Assembly: GCA_037439525.1 (NCBI GenBank)
Contig: JBBIVW010000007.1
Location: 13,302-77,301, forward strand
Direction: 5' to 3'
Origin: Anaerolineae bacterium
Lineage (GTDB): Bacteria; Chloroflexota; Anaerolineae; Anaerolineales; UBA4823
DNA: 64,000 bases
Under the pieces are notes generated by a model, which saw nothing but the letters and a program-made list of their open reading frames with translations, searched no databases and was not told the origin of the DNA. A program made the translations under genes and the position numbers. Every line of letters begins with the position of its first letter. Positions within the stretch are counted from its first letter, which is position 1. Positions 10,127-20,289 of the stretch are shown here, in pieces.

Positions 10127-10768
10127 ATGACCACCTTGACCTATTTTCAAATCTACGATTTACTGAACCGCCCTCGTCCCCTCTGGCTGGTGCGCATCGA
10201 TTTCAGTGGCACCACACTGTTGTGGGCTGACCTGAGCGGATGCAAGCTGAATTATGCCAACCTAAGCCGTACGGATCTGAATTGGGCGAATTTGTCGGAA
10301 GCCGATTTGCGCAAAGCGGACTTGAGCATGGCGAACTTATACGAAGCGCACCTTCAAGGGGCGGAAATGTCGGAAGCCATCTTGAGCAAAGCTAATTGTA
10401 CGCGCGCCGACCTGGGAAAAGCGGTGTTGATCGAAGCCCAGATGGTGGAAACAAACTTCAGCCGCGCCAGCCTGACCAAGTCCAACCTGTTTAAAGCCAA
10501 TCTGAGCCTGGCGATTCTCTCGCGCGCCGACCTAAGCAAGGCAAATCTGGCAGGAGCCAACCTGAGCGGTGCAGACCTATCTCATGCCAATTTGTTCGAA
10601 GCGAACCTGAGCGCTGCAAACCTGCGTGGCGCTAATCTGAGCGGAGCGGACATGACCGCAGCAAATTTGTTGAAGGCAGACCTGACCAACGCGATTCTCG
10701 AAGATACGTGCCTCACCGATGCAACCATGCCGGATGGCTCCAAGTATAAAGCTCCCACTCAGGAGTGA
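10127..10768 (+). CDS. Pentapeptide repeat protein
   Basis: About 30 tandem A(D/N)Lxx repeats ending in ATMPDG. Confidence 0.9.
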   Translation: MTTLTYFQIYDLLNRPRPLWLVRIDFSGTTLLWADLSGCKLNYANLSRTDLNWANLSEADLRKADLSMANLYEAHLQGAEMSEAILSKANCTRADLGKAVLIEAQMVETNFSRASLTKSNLFKANLSLAILSRADLSKANLAGANLSGADLSHANLFEANLSAANLRGANLSGADMTAANLLKADLTNAILEDTCLTDATMPDGSKYKAPTQE

Positions 10769-12210
10769 GGTAAGGTAGGTAAATCCACCCAAAGGGTAGT
10801 TCCTGAGCCTATTTGACTGCTAATGCCAATCTGACCCCCATGGCTTTCCACGATGGTTTTGGCGATTGCCAGGCCTAATCCACTACCGCGTGGTTGCCCT
10901 GGCCGGTCCTGGTTGGTTTCAGCGCGATAAAACCGTTCAAATACGTGGGGAAGATGTTCCGGGGGGATGCCTGGACCGTTATCGCGCACCAACACGCGTA
11001 CGGTGTTCTCCTTAGGGCCTTCGCGCAACAAAATTTCAACCGTTCCTCCTTTTGGTGTATAGCGGATGGCATTCTCCACCAGGTTGTAGAAGACACGGCG
11101 AATCTGGTCCTCGTTACCCATCACCGAAGCGGTGAGTGGGGCGAAATCGCAGGTAATGGATAGCCCGGCGTTCTTGGCGCGGATTTCGAAAGTTTCGTAA
11201 ACTTCTCTGGCAATGTTGAGCAAGTCCAATGGTTGGTGTTCTTCGGGCTCCATGCCTGCTTCCATACGCGAGAGGTCGAGTAAATCGTTTACCATACGCA
11301 CAAGCCGATCCACCTCTTGTTCGATCTCTTCCAGGAATTTGTTCGAGATCTCCGCATCCTCCATTGCGCCGTCGCGTAACGCTTCAGTGCGTAGTTTCAC
11401 CACGGTTAGGGGGGTGCGCAGTTCGTGGCTGGCGTTCGCCACAAAAGCACGCAATTCGTTCACATTGGCTTGCAGGCGCTTGGCCATGCTGTTGAAGCCT
11501 TCTGCCAGCCGCTGCAATTCCTGAGGTCCGCTTGGAGTAACGCGCACTCCGAGATCGCCCCTTTCCATACGTGCGCTGGCTTCGGTGAGCAGTTGGATCG
11601 GCCGGGATAGGTTATTGGCCAGCAGCCACCCCACCAGGCTCATGCCAATGGCGATCAGCCAGGCAACGAGCAGCAGGATGGCTAGCGAGCGCTCAGCAGC
11701 TTGTAGCGTAGGGGCGAGAGGCACTCCTAGGCGAAAGATAGCCGTTACTTCGATCTCCCGTTGTACCAAAACCGCGGTGTACAGATACTGTTCTCCCAGG
11801 CGGTTGCGCCGAATGCTAATCCCGCGACCCAGTTCGCTTTCAAACGCTTCGATCACCTCTGGCGCATTGGCGCGCGTGGCTTGAGGGGGTAGCGTTTCGC
11901 TCCTGTCCACCAGAGGAAATCCATCTGGGCGGAAAACGGTGAATTCCAACTCGGGGCTGTCACTGAACATGCGATCGAGTAAGTCGCGAATGTATTTTGC
12001 CTCCACGTGGCCAGCGTTGTACTCTTGAATGGGCAGTTCCAGGGCGTTGCCCGTTGCTACTGCCAAGCCTTGCAGGTTGTGTTCTGCTTCGGCAATGGCT
12101 GCCTGGAAGATAAACCTACCTGCATAGGCTGCCAGGAGCACAATGCTGACCAGGGAAACCAGGAGATGGGAGAGGAGTAGGCGCGCTCTTAAAGAGCCGA
12201 AAAGCTTCAT
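10759..12210 (-). CDS. HAMP-domain sensor histidine kinase
   Basis: Two TM segments, HAMP, H-box ASHELRTPLT, NLVENAIRY, DNGPG, GSGLGL. Confidence 0.95.
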   Translation of the reverse strand: MKLFGSLRARLLLSHLLVSLVSIVLLAAYAGRFIFQAAIAEAEHNLQGLAVATGNALELPIQEYNAGHVEAKYIRDLLDRMFSDSPELEFTVFRPDGFPLVDRSETLPPQATRANAPEVIEAFESELGRGISIRRNRLGEQYLYTAVLVQREIEVTAIFRLGVPLAPTLQAAERSLAILLLVAWLIAIGMSLVGWLLANNLSRPIQLLTEASARMERGDLGVRVTPSGPQELQRLAEGFNSMAKRLQANVNELRAFVANASHELRTPLTVVKLRTEALRDGAMEDAEISNKFLEEIEQEVDRLVRMVNDLLDLSRMEAGMEPEEHQPLDLLNIAREVYETFEIRAKNAGLSITCDFAPLTASVMGNEDQIRRVFYNLVENAIRYTPKGGTVEILLREGPKENTVRVLVRDNGPGIPPEHLPHVFERFYRAETNQDRPGQPRGSGLGLAIAKTIVESHGGQIGISSQIGSGTTLWVDLPTLPHS

Positions 12211-12230
12211 GGTTTCAGTACACTGTGATG

Positions 12231-12932
12231 TCAGTGTAGTTCTTCGGGTCCGGCAAAGCGGTACCCAAAACCGCGCACGGTTTGGATGTATTTAGGGCTG
12301 GCAGGGTCGTCTTCGATCTTCAAGCGAAGCCAGCGGACATGCACATCCAATGTGCGCGGGTCACCAACCCAATCTTCGCCCCACACTTCGCGGATCAATT
12401 CGTCGCGCCCCATGGCGCGGCCGGCGTTCTTCATCAGAGTCGCAAGCAGGTCGAATTCGCGTGCAGAGAGCTGCAGTTCTCGCTCACCTTTGAACACGCG
12501 CCGTGCAGCTGGATCGAATGTGAGTTCCCGCAAGGTGATCACTTGCGGATGTGCAGGTGCTTGTCGGTCAAGAGAGACGCGCCGCAACAAAGCCTGGATG
12601 CGCGCCAGCAACTCGCGGAAGGAGAAAGGTTTGGCCAGATAGTCATCTGCGCCTACTTCCAACCCCAAGACGCGATCGATCTCCTCGCCTTTTGCTGTCA
12701 GCATAATGACCGGAATGGTGGTTTTCGTCCGCAGACGTCTGCAGACCTCGAAGCCACTGATGTCGGGCAGCATCAGGTCTAATACCACCAAGTCTGGGTT
12801 TAGCGTTTCTACTGCCTGCAGGGCAGAAATGCCGTCTGCCACTGCATGGACGTCAAAGCCTTCACGTTTCAAGCTGTAACTTAGTGAATCGGTGATCAAA
12901 GGTTCATCGTCAACGAGCAGAATGAGGGTCAA
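12231..12932 (-). CDS. OmpR/PhoB family response regulator
   Basis: LLVDDE, LDLMLP, GADDY.KPF, winged helix 'TLDVHVRWLR', 'TVRGFGY'. Confidence 0.96.
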   Translation of the reverse strand: MTLILLVDDEPLITDSLSYSLKREGFDVHAVADGISALQAVETLNPDLVVLDLMLPDISGFEVCRRLRTKTTIPVIMLTAKGEEIDRVLGLEVGADDYLAKPFSFRELLARIQALLRRVSLDRQAPAHPQVITLRELTFDPAARRVFKGERELQLSAREFDLLATLMKNAGRAMGRDELIREVWGEDWVGDPRTLDVHVRWLRLKIEDDPASPKYIQTVRGFGYRFAGPEELH

Positions 12933-13117
12933 GGCATACCTCCGAAATCTTCCGGAATGATCAGGTCACATCAGTCTTGACTACGTATGTGCTCTCTTAT
13001 TCATTGCATTCGCATGATGAACGAGCAGGTAATCCATGTATTAAAATTGTACCACTCAAGCCCCTGAATAGGGTAAGGGGATTGCGTTGGCCGGGACGGG
13101 GCCATCCTTGGCGTGTA

Positions 13118-13146
13118 TTGACTTTGCTTACGCAAACCGATACAAT
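13118..13146 (+). promoter_or_regulatory. Sigma70-type promoter upstream of comEC
   Basis: TTGACT-17 bp-TACAAT. Confidence 0.65.
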
Positions 13147-13183
13147 CTCTGCAAAGGTGCAGGCCTCCACGCAGGTTTGAAAA

Positions 13184-15700
13184 GTGGGCGGGCCTGAGCT
13201 TTCCTCTTTTTTCATCGAGCCACGCGAGTTTTTCCGGAGACATCCTTTGCCGTTATTGTGGATTTCACTCTCATTTTTAGCCGGCCTGGCACTTGGGGAT
13301 GGGACGAATCTTCCTGTTATCCTTTGGCTATTGTTTGCCGTCTTGGCAGGACTTTTATGGGTAGGGTCTTTATGGGGGGAGAGGCGATTTCGCTGGCTGG
13401 GTTACCTGGCACGCGCGCCGCAAGGGTGGTTCTCTACCTCTTCGCAAGAAATAAAAGTACTGTTGCCTGCGCTCAGTTTACCACTTTTGGGGGTCGTGCT
13501 ATGTCTGGGGGCAGGGCGCATGCAGGCCGTCAAACCGATACTCACCCCCACCTCCCTTGCTTGGTATAACGATTGGGATACTTCTTTTTTGATCGAGGGG
13601 GTGGTCATCACCTATGCGGATGAGCGCGATCAATATACCCAACTACGCTTGCAGGTGGAGCGCATACACCCTTTGGGGTCATATACGTTTATCCCGGTAG
13701 AGGGGAAGTTACTGGCGCGTGTTCCCGCGGGGAAAAATTGGCGCTATGGCGATCGCCTTCGCCTCGAGGGGGCTTTGCGCACCCCACCGCAAGATGATCT
13801 CTTCTCTTATCGGGATTATCTCTACCGTCAGGGAGTGCTTTCTTACTTTTCATGTAGCTGGGAAGGCTGTGCACGCCTGATCGGTCATGGCTATGGCAAT
13901 CCACTTTTAGACGGTATTTACACTTTGCGCGGAAAATTCGAAGAAGTCCTCTATGCCTTGTTTCCAGACCCAGAGGCTTCTTTGTTGGACGGCATTTTGT
14001 TGGGCATAGAAGGGCGCATCCCCCAGGATGTGGCTCAGGCTTTCAAAGATACGGGCACGGCGCACATCATTGCCATCAGCGGTTTCAACTTTTCCGTTCT
14101 GGCTGCGCTTTTCATGCGCCTCTTTGGGCGCCTGTTCGGGCGTTGGCGCGGTATGTTGGTGGCGTTCTTCGCTATGGCGGGATATGCCATGTTGGCCGGG
14201 GCTAACCCAGCAGTAGTACGCGCTGCGCTGATGGGCATCCTTGCCGTGCTCGCGGTCCAGCTTGGGCGTCGCCAGAATGGTTTGAACAGCCTGGCGCTGG
14301 TCTCTGCTGTTATCGCGTTTTTCAACCCTCATGTCCTTTGGGAAGTTAGCTTTCAGCTATCTGCAATGGCTACCCTGGGCTTAGTGCTTTATGCTGACCG
14401 CTTTACACAAGCTTTTATGAACTTTGCCGCGCGCTATGTACCCTCCTCGATGGCACAACGCCTGGCCGCACCGGTTGGGGCATACTTTCTCTACACCCTA
14501 GCAGCGCAGTTGACAACCCTGCCGATCACTTTCTATCACTTTCAGGTTGTATCTCTCCTTTCTTTGCTGGCCAACATTGCCGTCCTCCCCGTTCAGCCAT
14601 TGTTGATGGTTTCCGGTGCGGTGACTGCTTTGGTTGGTGCGCTCTCGTTGAGTCTCGGGAGGTGGATTTCTCTCTTCACCTGGCCGCTCACCGCTTACAC
14701 TATCCGCGTGGTGGAATGGTTTGCTGCAATTCCCACCAGCACCATGGGGTTGAACCAGGTGAGCCTGGCTTTTGTTGGGGCTTTTTATCTGGCTCTATTT
14801 GCCTGGACGGCTTTGGGGCATCGACTTAGTGCCTGGATCGAGAAGCGCGCCTCTGCTTGCCCCTCCAGGGCACCGGGTTTTGCCCTGCTCATCCTTGCTT
14901 CACTGACTATCGTTGTGTGGCAGGCGGTGCTCGCTGCGCCGGATGGACACCTGCATGTTACTCTATTGGACATAGGCAGCGGTGATGCGCTGCTTGTAGT
15001 TGCGCCTGGTGGAGGGCGTGTGCTCATTGATGGTGGTCCCAGCCCATCCAAACTGGCAGATGCACTGGGCAGGCGGTTCCCTCTAATCGACCGTCGTCTG
15101 GATGCACTGGTTGTGGCTGGGGTCAGTGAGGAACAGCTTGGCGCTTTACCGTGGGTCATCCAGCGCTATCCACCCCGAGAGGTGTTGTGGTCGGGAGCCC
15201 CGGCGGCGAGCTTTAGCGCGCGACAGTTACGTGGCATCATTGTGAAAGAAGGCCTGCCCATGGCGAGGTTATTAGGCGGTCAGGTTTTGGATTTGGGGGA
15301 CGGAGTGAGGTTGCGTGTTTTGGAAGTGACGCGACGCGGCAGCGTTTTGCTCCTGGAGTGGAAGCATTTTGCTGCATTGTTCCCGGTGGGATTAGATTTC
15401 GATAGTATGGCGCGCCTGATGGACGACCGAAGCTTGCCTCCGGTGACGGTGCTGCTTCTGGCAGAAAGCGGTTATGCCCCTCTGAATCCACCGGAATGGT
15501 TACGCAGGTGGCACCCACACTGCCTCCTCCTCAGCGTGGCTGCGGAGGACCTCCAGGGCAGGCCTGATATGGAAACGCTGAACGCCGCAGAAGGCTACAC
15601 CTTACTGCGTACCGATATGTATGGCTGGATCGAGTTGATAACGGATGGCGAGCACCTTTGGGTGGAAACAGAGAGGCGAGGCGGGATACGCATTCCTTGA
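13184..15700 (+). CDS. comEC: ComEC/Rec2 competence protein (start uncertain; degenerate C-terminal MBL domain)
   Basis: OB-like N-domain, GTAHIIAISGFN, VVRAALM, SFQLS, then an MBL fold (LDIGSGDA, LIDGG, RTDMYGWI). Confidence 0.9.
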   Translation: MGGPELSSFFIEPREFFRRHPLPLLWISLSFLAGLALGDGTNLPVILWLLFAVLAGLLWVGSLWGERRFRWLGYLARAPQGWFSTSSQEIKVLLPALSLPLLGVVLCLGAGRMQAVKPILTPTSLAWYNDWDTSFLIEGVVITYADERDQYTQLRLQVERIHPLGSYTFIPVEGKLLARVPAGKNWRYGDRLRLEGALRTPPQDDLFSYRDYLYRQGVLSYFSCSWEGCARLIGHGYGNPLLDGIYTLRGKFEEVLYALFPDPEASLLDGILLGIEGRIPQDVAQAFKDTGTAHIIAISGFNFSVLAALFMRLFGRLFGRWRGMLVAFFAMAGYAMLAGANPAVVRAALMGILAVLAVQLGRRQNGLNSLALVSAVIAFFNPHVLWEVSFQLSAMATLGLVLYADRFTQAFMNFAARYVPSSMAQRLAAPVGAYFLYTLAAQLTTLPITFYHFQVVSLLSLLANIAVLPVQPLLMVSGAVTALVGALSLSLGRWISLFTWPLTAYTIRVVEWFAAIPTSTMGLNQVSLAFVGAFYLALFAWTALGHRLSAWIEKRASACPSRAPGFALLILASLTIVVWQAVLAAPDGHLHVTLLDIGSGDALLVVAPGGGRVLIDGGPSPSKLADALGRRFPLIDRRLDALVVAGVSEEQLGALPWVIQRYPPREVLWSGAPAASFSARQLRGIIVKEGLPMARLLGGQVLDLGDGVRLRVLEVTRRGSVLLLEWKHFAALFPVGLDFDSMARLMDDRSLPPVTVLLLAESGYAPLNPPEWLRRWHPHCLLLSVAAEDLQGRPDMETLNAAEGYTLLRTDMYGWIELITDGEHLWVETERRGGIRIP

Positions 15701-15752
15701 AGCCCTGGCGATCGACCAACACTGTTAGGCTAGATCGGAGGCCGCATCCTGG

Positions 15753-16544
15753 TTACTTGCGCTCCACGCGCAGGTGGCTAAATTCCATCCAGAAGGCTTT
15801 TGGATGGGGTAGAAAGCCGTAGCGCATGCGCCCATCGGGATGCCAGGCAGCATATTGATTATCCACCCATATGACCAAACCCAACGGAGCGCGTGGGACA
15901 ATCCCTGTCTGCAACACAGTTTCACCATTGACCTCGAAGTGCACCATCTCCTTCTCCCAATGGATGACATAGGTATGCCACCGGCGGGGATCGAGGTTTA
16001 GTCCAACCGCGTCTTGAGTGACTACCGCTCGAAGTCGTCTGCGCATCCAACGTCGCGCCGCGCGCCACGGGAACAATAGTGCAGAGGAAACCAATTGGAA
16101 CAAGGCAAACGAAATCGGTTTTTTGGAATGGAATGTTGCCGCCAGCGCCCCATTTGCTGGCAGGTCGTCGCGTAACGAGAGATAACATTCCGAGGCGGCA
16201 AAGAAGAACCAGGCTGCCTGAGGGAGCACGGGCAGGCGCATGCCCCCTCTGCCGATGAGCAGATTCATAGCAAAGGGGTCATTCCACAGACCAAATCCCC
16301 AAGTGCCGGGAGGTTGTGCGTGACTGGCGCGCATATTCACCTCTAAAGTGAGTGGTGGGGTATGCGCGAATTTGCGACGGGGTAGCGCCGAATAATCATC
16401 CAGCTGAGCCAGATGATACTCGTTGGCGCGCCCGGGCGGAAGAAACAGGCGCCAGCCTCCATTGGGATTGTTTTCGCATCGCGCGCCCGGCGTGAGATGC
16501 GCGCGCAAGCCCACTGGCAGATGCTCTGTTTGGTCGTTTTGCAT
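15753..16544 (-). CDS. Hypothetical protein, concanavalin-A/GH16-like beta-sandwich
   Basis: GTWGFGLWNDP, WHTYVIHW...FEVNG, GLVIWVDNQY. Confidence 0.6.
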   Translation of the reverse strand: MQNDQTEHLPVGLRAHLTPGARCENNPNGGWRLFLPPGRANEYHLAQLDDYSALPRRKFAHTPPLTLEVNMRASHAQPPGTWGFGLWNDPFAMNLLIGRGGMRLPVLPQAAWFFFAASECYLSLRDDLPANGALAATFHSKKPISFALFQLVSSALLFPWRAARRWMRRRLRAVVTQDAVGLNLDPRRWHTYVIHWEKEMVHFEVNGETVLQTGIVPRAPLGLVIWVDNQYAAWHPDGRMRYGFLPHPKAFWMEFSHLRVERK

Positions 16545-16660
16545 AGGGCTATGATAACAAATTTTACAAACCTGAGCAGCGCATCGGGATGGATGATGTA
16601 TAATCGTAGCCATGCAAAAAGCAGGAGATGCGGTATAGCATAACTCACTAAGGAGTGTGC

Positions 16661-17308
16661 ATGGAAATTACCTGGTTTGGGCTTTCTTGTTTTCGCTTGA
16701 GCGAACGCAACATGGCCAGCGTGGTGACAGATCCATTTGATCACGATACTGTAGGCTACCGACCTCTCAAACTCAAAGCGGATGTGGTGACGATTAGCCA
16801 TGATGCCCCAGGGCATAATTATGTCCAGGCGGTAAAAGGTCGGCAACGGGTCATCACCGGACCAGGGGAATACGAGATAGGTGGTGTGTTTATTACCGGC
16901 GTAGAGACCAATGGCAAGCGCAAAAAGGATAGCGGGGAGGTACGCAATATCCTTTATGTTTTTGATTTTAATGGTGTGACCGTGGCTCATCTAGGCGATT
17001 TGCGCCGCGTGCCCAATCAGACGGAGATTGAAGCTCTGGAAAACGTCGATGTGGCTCTGGTACCGGTAGGTGGAGGAGGAGGGTTGAGCGCAGCCAAAGC
17101 AGTCGAAGTCGTCAGCCTTTTGGAGCCTGGAATTGTCGTTCCGATGCACTATTTCACCCCTGGCATGAGTCTGAAGCTTTCCCCGGTCACCCACTTTCTT
17201 AAAGAAATGGGTGCAGGCAAAGTAGAACCACAGCCCTCTTTGAAAATCACCCGGTCGAGCATTCCTGAAGAGACGCGCGTTGTGCTTTTAGAACTCTCGA
17301 ATGCCTGA
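16661..17308 (+). CDS. MBL-fold metallo-hydrolase
   Basis: ITWFGLSCF, SHDAPGH, HLGDL, VVPMHY; AAGGAG RBS. Confidence 0.9.
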   Translation: MEITWFGLSCFRLSERNMASVVTDPFDHDTVGYRPLKLKADVVTISHDAPGHNYVQAVKGRQRVITGPGEYEIGGVFITGVETNGKRKKDSGEVRNILYVFDFNGVTVAHLGDLRRVPNQTEIEALENVDVALVPVGGGGGLSAAKAVEVVSLLEPGIVVPMHYFTPGMSLKLSPVTHFLKEMGAGKVEPQPSLKITRSSIPEETRVVLLELSNA

Positions 17309-17332
17309 GCATAGGTGGGAGGAGATTCGAGC

Positions 17333-17635
17333 ATGGCTGTAAAATTGATGATGACCTGGGACATTCTGCCTGGGCGCGAACAGGATTATTTTGAGTTTGT
17401 GGTGCGCGACTTCATCCCCGGCATCCAGCGACTTGGTTTAGAACCGAGTGATGCCTGGTACACGATGTACGGTGATTACCCTCAAATCATGACCGCAGCG
17501 CAAACCTCGAGCATCAATTCCTTGCAGCGCATTTTGAATTCTTCGGAGTGGGATGAACTGACCAACCGCCTGATGGATTACGTAGAAAATTTTCAGTACA
17601 AAGTGGTCCAGGCGCGCCGCGGTTTTCAAATGTGA
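17333..17635 (+). CDS. Small hypothetical protein (NIPSNAP-like fold possible)
   Basis: 100-aa ORF with GGAGG RBS, stop overlaps the mutY start. Confidence 0.7.
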   Translation: MAVKLMMTWDILPGREQDYFEFVVRDFIPGIQRLGLEPSDAWYTMYGDYPQIMTAAQTSSINSLQRILNSSEWDELTNRLMDYVENFQYKVVQARRGFQM

Positions 17636-18714
17636 TGCGTTTTGAACTTACCTCTGCATTATTAGAATGGTATGCGCAACATGCGCGCCCGTTGCCCTGG
17701 CGGGAGCGGCGTGAGGCTTACGCCATTTGGGTGTCTGAAGTCATGTTGCAGCAGACGCGCGTCGAAACCGTCGTTCCTTACTTTGAGCGCTGGATGGCGC
17801 GTTTTCCGGACCTCGAAGCCCTGGCAGCCGCACCGCTACAGGAGGTGCTCAGCCTATGGGAGGGTTTGGGGTATTACCATCGCGCCCACCATCTTCACCG
17901 CGCCGCCCAAATCGTTGTCGAACAGATGCAAGGTCAACTCCCCCGGGACGAGGCGCGCCTGCGCACCTTGCCTGGCATAGGCGAATATATCGCTGCAGCC
18001 ATTGCCTCCATCGCCTTCGGCAAGGATGTGATTGCGCTGGATGGAAACCTGCGCCGCGTTTTCTCTCGGGTCTATGATATTGATGAAGATCTAAGCCGCC
18101 CGGCAGGGAAAGCCCGTTTGCAGGAGTATCTCAGTTCCCTCCCCATTCGAGGGAAGGCCGGGGATTTCAACCAGGCTCTGATGGATCTGGGCGCGATGAT
18201 TTGCACATCCAAAGCGCCACGCTGTTTAAGCTGCCCTCTGCGTCAGGGTTGCCGCGCCTTTGCTGCAGGCTTGCAGGAGCAACGACCAAAACGACATCAA
18301 CGCCCAAAGCTTCCTCACCATCTGGTCACTGCGGCGATCATCTTGCGCAACCACCACGTGCTCATTGCTCAACGACCGCCCTATGGTTTACTCGGCGGGA
18401 TGTGGGAGTTTCCGGGTGGCAAGGTGCAGCCCGGCGAGGACCTGCAAAGCTGTTTGAAGCGTGAACTGCGCGAGGAACTGGGCGTTGAAGTACGCATCTG
18501 TCAGGAGTTTGGCTCCTATCGCCACCGGTATACGCATTTTCGTGTGACGCTCCATGCGTTCAGGTGTGCCTTGCTCGCCGGTAGCGAACCGCGTCCACTA
18601 CAGGTCGCCGATCTGAAGTGGGTGCCGCTTTCTCAGTTATCCGAATTTCCCATGGGGAGGATCGATCGCCTGATTTCGGTGCGTTTGAATACAGGAGATG
18701 AGCGAGCATGTTGA
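17635..18714 (+). CDS. mutY: A/G-specific adenine glycosylase with C-terminal Nudix (MutT) domain
   Basis: LPWR, VSEVMLQQT, WEGLGYY, LPGIG, DGN, FeS motif C-x6-C-x2-C-x5-C, Nudix box. Confidence 0.95.
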   Translation: MRFELTSALLEWYAQHARPLPWRERREAYAIWVSEVMLQQTRVETVVPYFERWMARFPDLEALAAAPLQEVLSLWEGLGYYHRAHHLHRAAQIVVEQMQGQLPRDEARLRTLPGIGEYIAAAIASIAFGKDVIALDGNLRRVFSRVYDIDEDLSRPAGKARLQEYLSSLPIRGKAGDFNQALMDLGAMICTSKAPRCLSCPLRQGCRAFAAGLQEQRPKRHQRPKLPHHLVTAAIILRNHHVLIAQRPPYGLLGGMWEFPGGKVQPGEDLQSCLKRELREELGVEVRICQEFGSYRHRYTHFRVTLHAFRCALLAGSEPRPLQVADLKWVPLSQLSEFPMGRIDRLISVRLNTGDERAC

Positions 18715-19835
18715 TTGTTGATGCTCATGAAGACCTGGCATGGAATGTGCTCACTTTTGGCAGGGATTACACCCGCTCCGTAGCGCAAATTCGCCAGCGT
18801 GAACAGGGAACTCCTGCTCCGCAACTTAATGGAGATAGCTTATTGGGCTGGGAGGAGTATCAGCGCGGAGGTGTGGCTGTTGTCTTTGCCACCCTTTTTG
18901 CCTCCCCTCTGCGTCTCAGGCATGGCGATTGGGATGTGCTTGTGTACGCGGATGCCGATCAGGCAAGGCGCGTCTATCGCCAACAATTGGATGTGTACCT
19001 GCGCATGGAGGCCGACGACACGTCTCGCTTCCGCGTGCTGCGCACGCGTGGCGATCTACGCGCCAATATCCAAGCCTGGGAAGCAGCGTTGCATCATGGG
19101 GAGGACCTTTCTCTAGAGGTGGGTGAGATGCATCAACGTCCTCCTGTGGGGTTGGTGTTGCTTATGGAAGGCGCTGAAGCGATTGGCCACGTGGCGGAAT
19201 TGGAAGATTGGTGGCAGTGGGGCGTGCGGATTATTGGACCTGCCTGGGTGGGGACGCGCTTTTGCGGTGGAACGCACGAACCTGGCCCGATGACCGCTGA
19301 GGGGTTTGCCCTGTTGGAAGCTATGGCAGCGCTTGGCTTCGGCCTGGATCTTAGCCATATGGATGAAAAAGCGGCACTCCAGGCGCTGGATTTTTACCCT
19401 GGTGTCGTCCTTGCTTCTCACAGCAACGCCAAGGCTCTATTGCGAGGAGATAGCGGCAATCGCCATCTATCGGATACCCTCATTCGCGCCCTTATCGAAC
19501 GCCAGGGAGTCATTGGTATTGTTCCTTTCAACGCCTTCTTACAGGCGGGCTGGAAGCGTGGGGACCCCAAAGAAGCTGTATCATTGCACCATGTTCTGGC
19601 GCAGATCGATTATATCTGTCAGCTTGCGGGCAATGCATTGCATGTGGGCATAGGGAGCGATTTTGATGGCGGTTTTGGCGTACAGAGTACGCCTGTGGAG
19701 GTGGATAGCATTGCCGATGTGCGCAAACTCGCGCCTCTCCTTGTAGAGAAGGGCTATAACATGGAAGATGTGACACGCATCATGGGTAGCAACTGGTTGC
19801 GCCTTTTAGATTCCATTTTGCCCGAGGCGATATGA
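18708..19835 (+). CDS. Membrane dipeptidase (peptidase M19)
   Basis: DAHED, LMEGA, DLSH, ASHSN, GIGSDFDG. Confidence 0.92.
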   Translation: MLIVDAHEDLAWNVLTFGRDYTRSVAQIRQREQGTPAPQLNGDSLLGWEEYQRGGVAVVFATLFASPLRLRHGDWDVLVYADADQARRVYRQQLDVYLRMEADDTSRFRVLRTRGDLRANIQAWEAALHHGEDLSLEVGEMHQRPPVGLVLLMEGAEAIGHVAELEDWWQWGVRIIGPAWVGTRFCGGTHEPGPMTAEGFALLEAMAALGFGLDLSHMDEKAALQALDFYPGVVLASHSNAKALLRGDSGNRHLSDTLIRALIERQGVIGIVPFNAFLQAGWKRGDPKEAVSLHHVLAQIDYICQLAGNALHVGIGSDFDGGFGVQSTPVEVDSIADVRKLAPLLVEKGYNMEDVTRIMGSNWLRLLDSILPEAI

Positions 19836-20278
19836 ATCCGCTAGGCTCTTCACGAAATGCCCTTCGCCCGCGCCTGGTGATTGGCTTCGCTTTGACTATA
19901 TTCGGTTTTCTGCTCTTCGTCTTGGGGGTGGAGCCTGGTTATTTTGGTTTGGATCGCAGTCCAGTGGTTGGCTTTGTGCAAATTACCGTCTTTGTGGTTG
20001 GGTTGGGAATCATCTGTGCGGGTGGATATACCACCCTAAACGCGTTGTGGAATGGTGTAGAGAAATCCATTGCTGCAGATTTTGGGTTTCGCCTGGTAAG
20101 CACTGGCTATGTTTTGTGTCTGATTTCTGGCATGGCGGATGTTTTCGGTTTTGGCTCTCATCCACTTCCCGGCGTGCCTTTTTTTGGACCGTGGCAAGCG
20201 GTGGGCGTGATTCTGGGGGAGCTGATCATTGTGATTGGTTTTATCCTCTTTATCCCCCCTCCACCGAGGCAATCGTAG
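19832..20278 (+). CDS. Hypothetical membrane protein (about 4 TM)
   Basis: Hydrophobic 148-aa ORF, ATGA-coupled to the dipeptidase. Confidence 0.7.
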   Translation: MNPLGSSRNALRPRLVIGFALTIFGFLLFVLGVEPGYFGLDRSPVVGFVQITVFVVGLGIICAGGYTTLNALWNGVEKSIAADFGFRLVSTGYVLCLISGMADVFGFGSHPLPGVPFFGPWQAVGVILGELIIVIGFILFIPPPPRQS

Positions 20279-20289
20279 CGTTGCTAGAG

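Noticed and set aside
10200-10730. Periodic 15-bp DNA repeats resembling an array
   Set aside because: Fully explained by the pentapeptide-repeat coding sequence; no repeat-spacer structure
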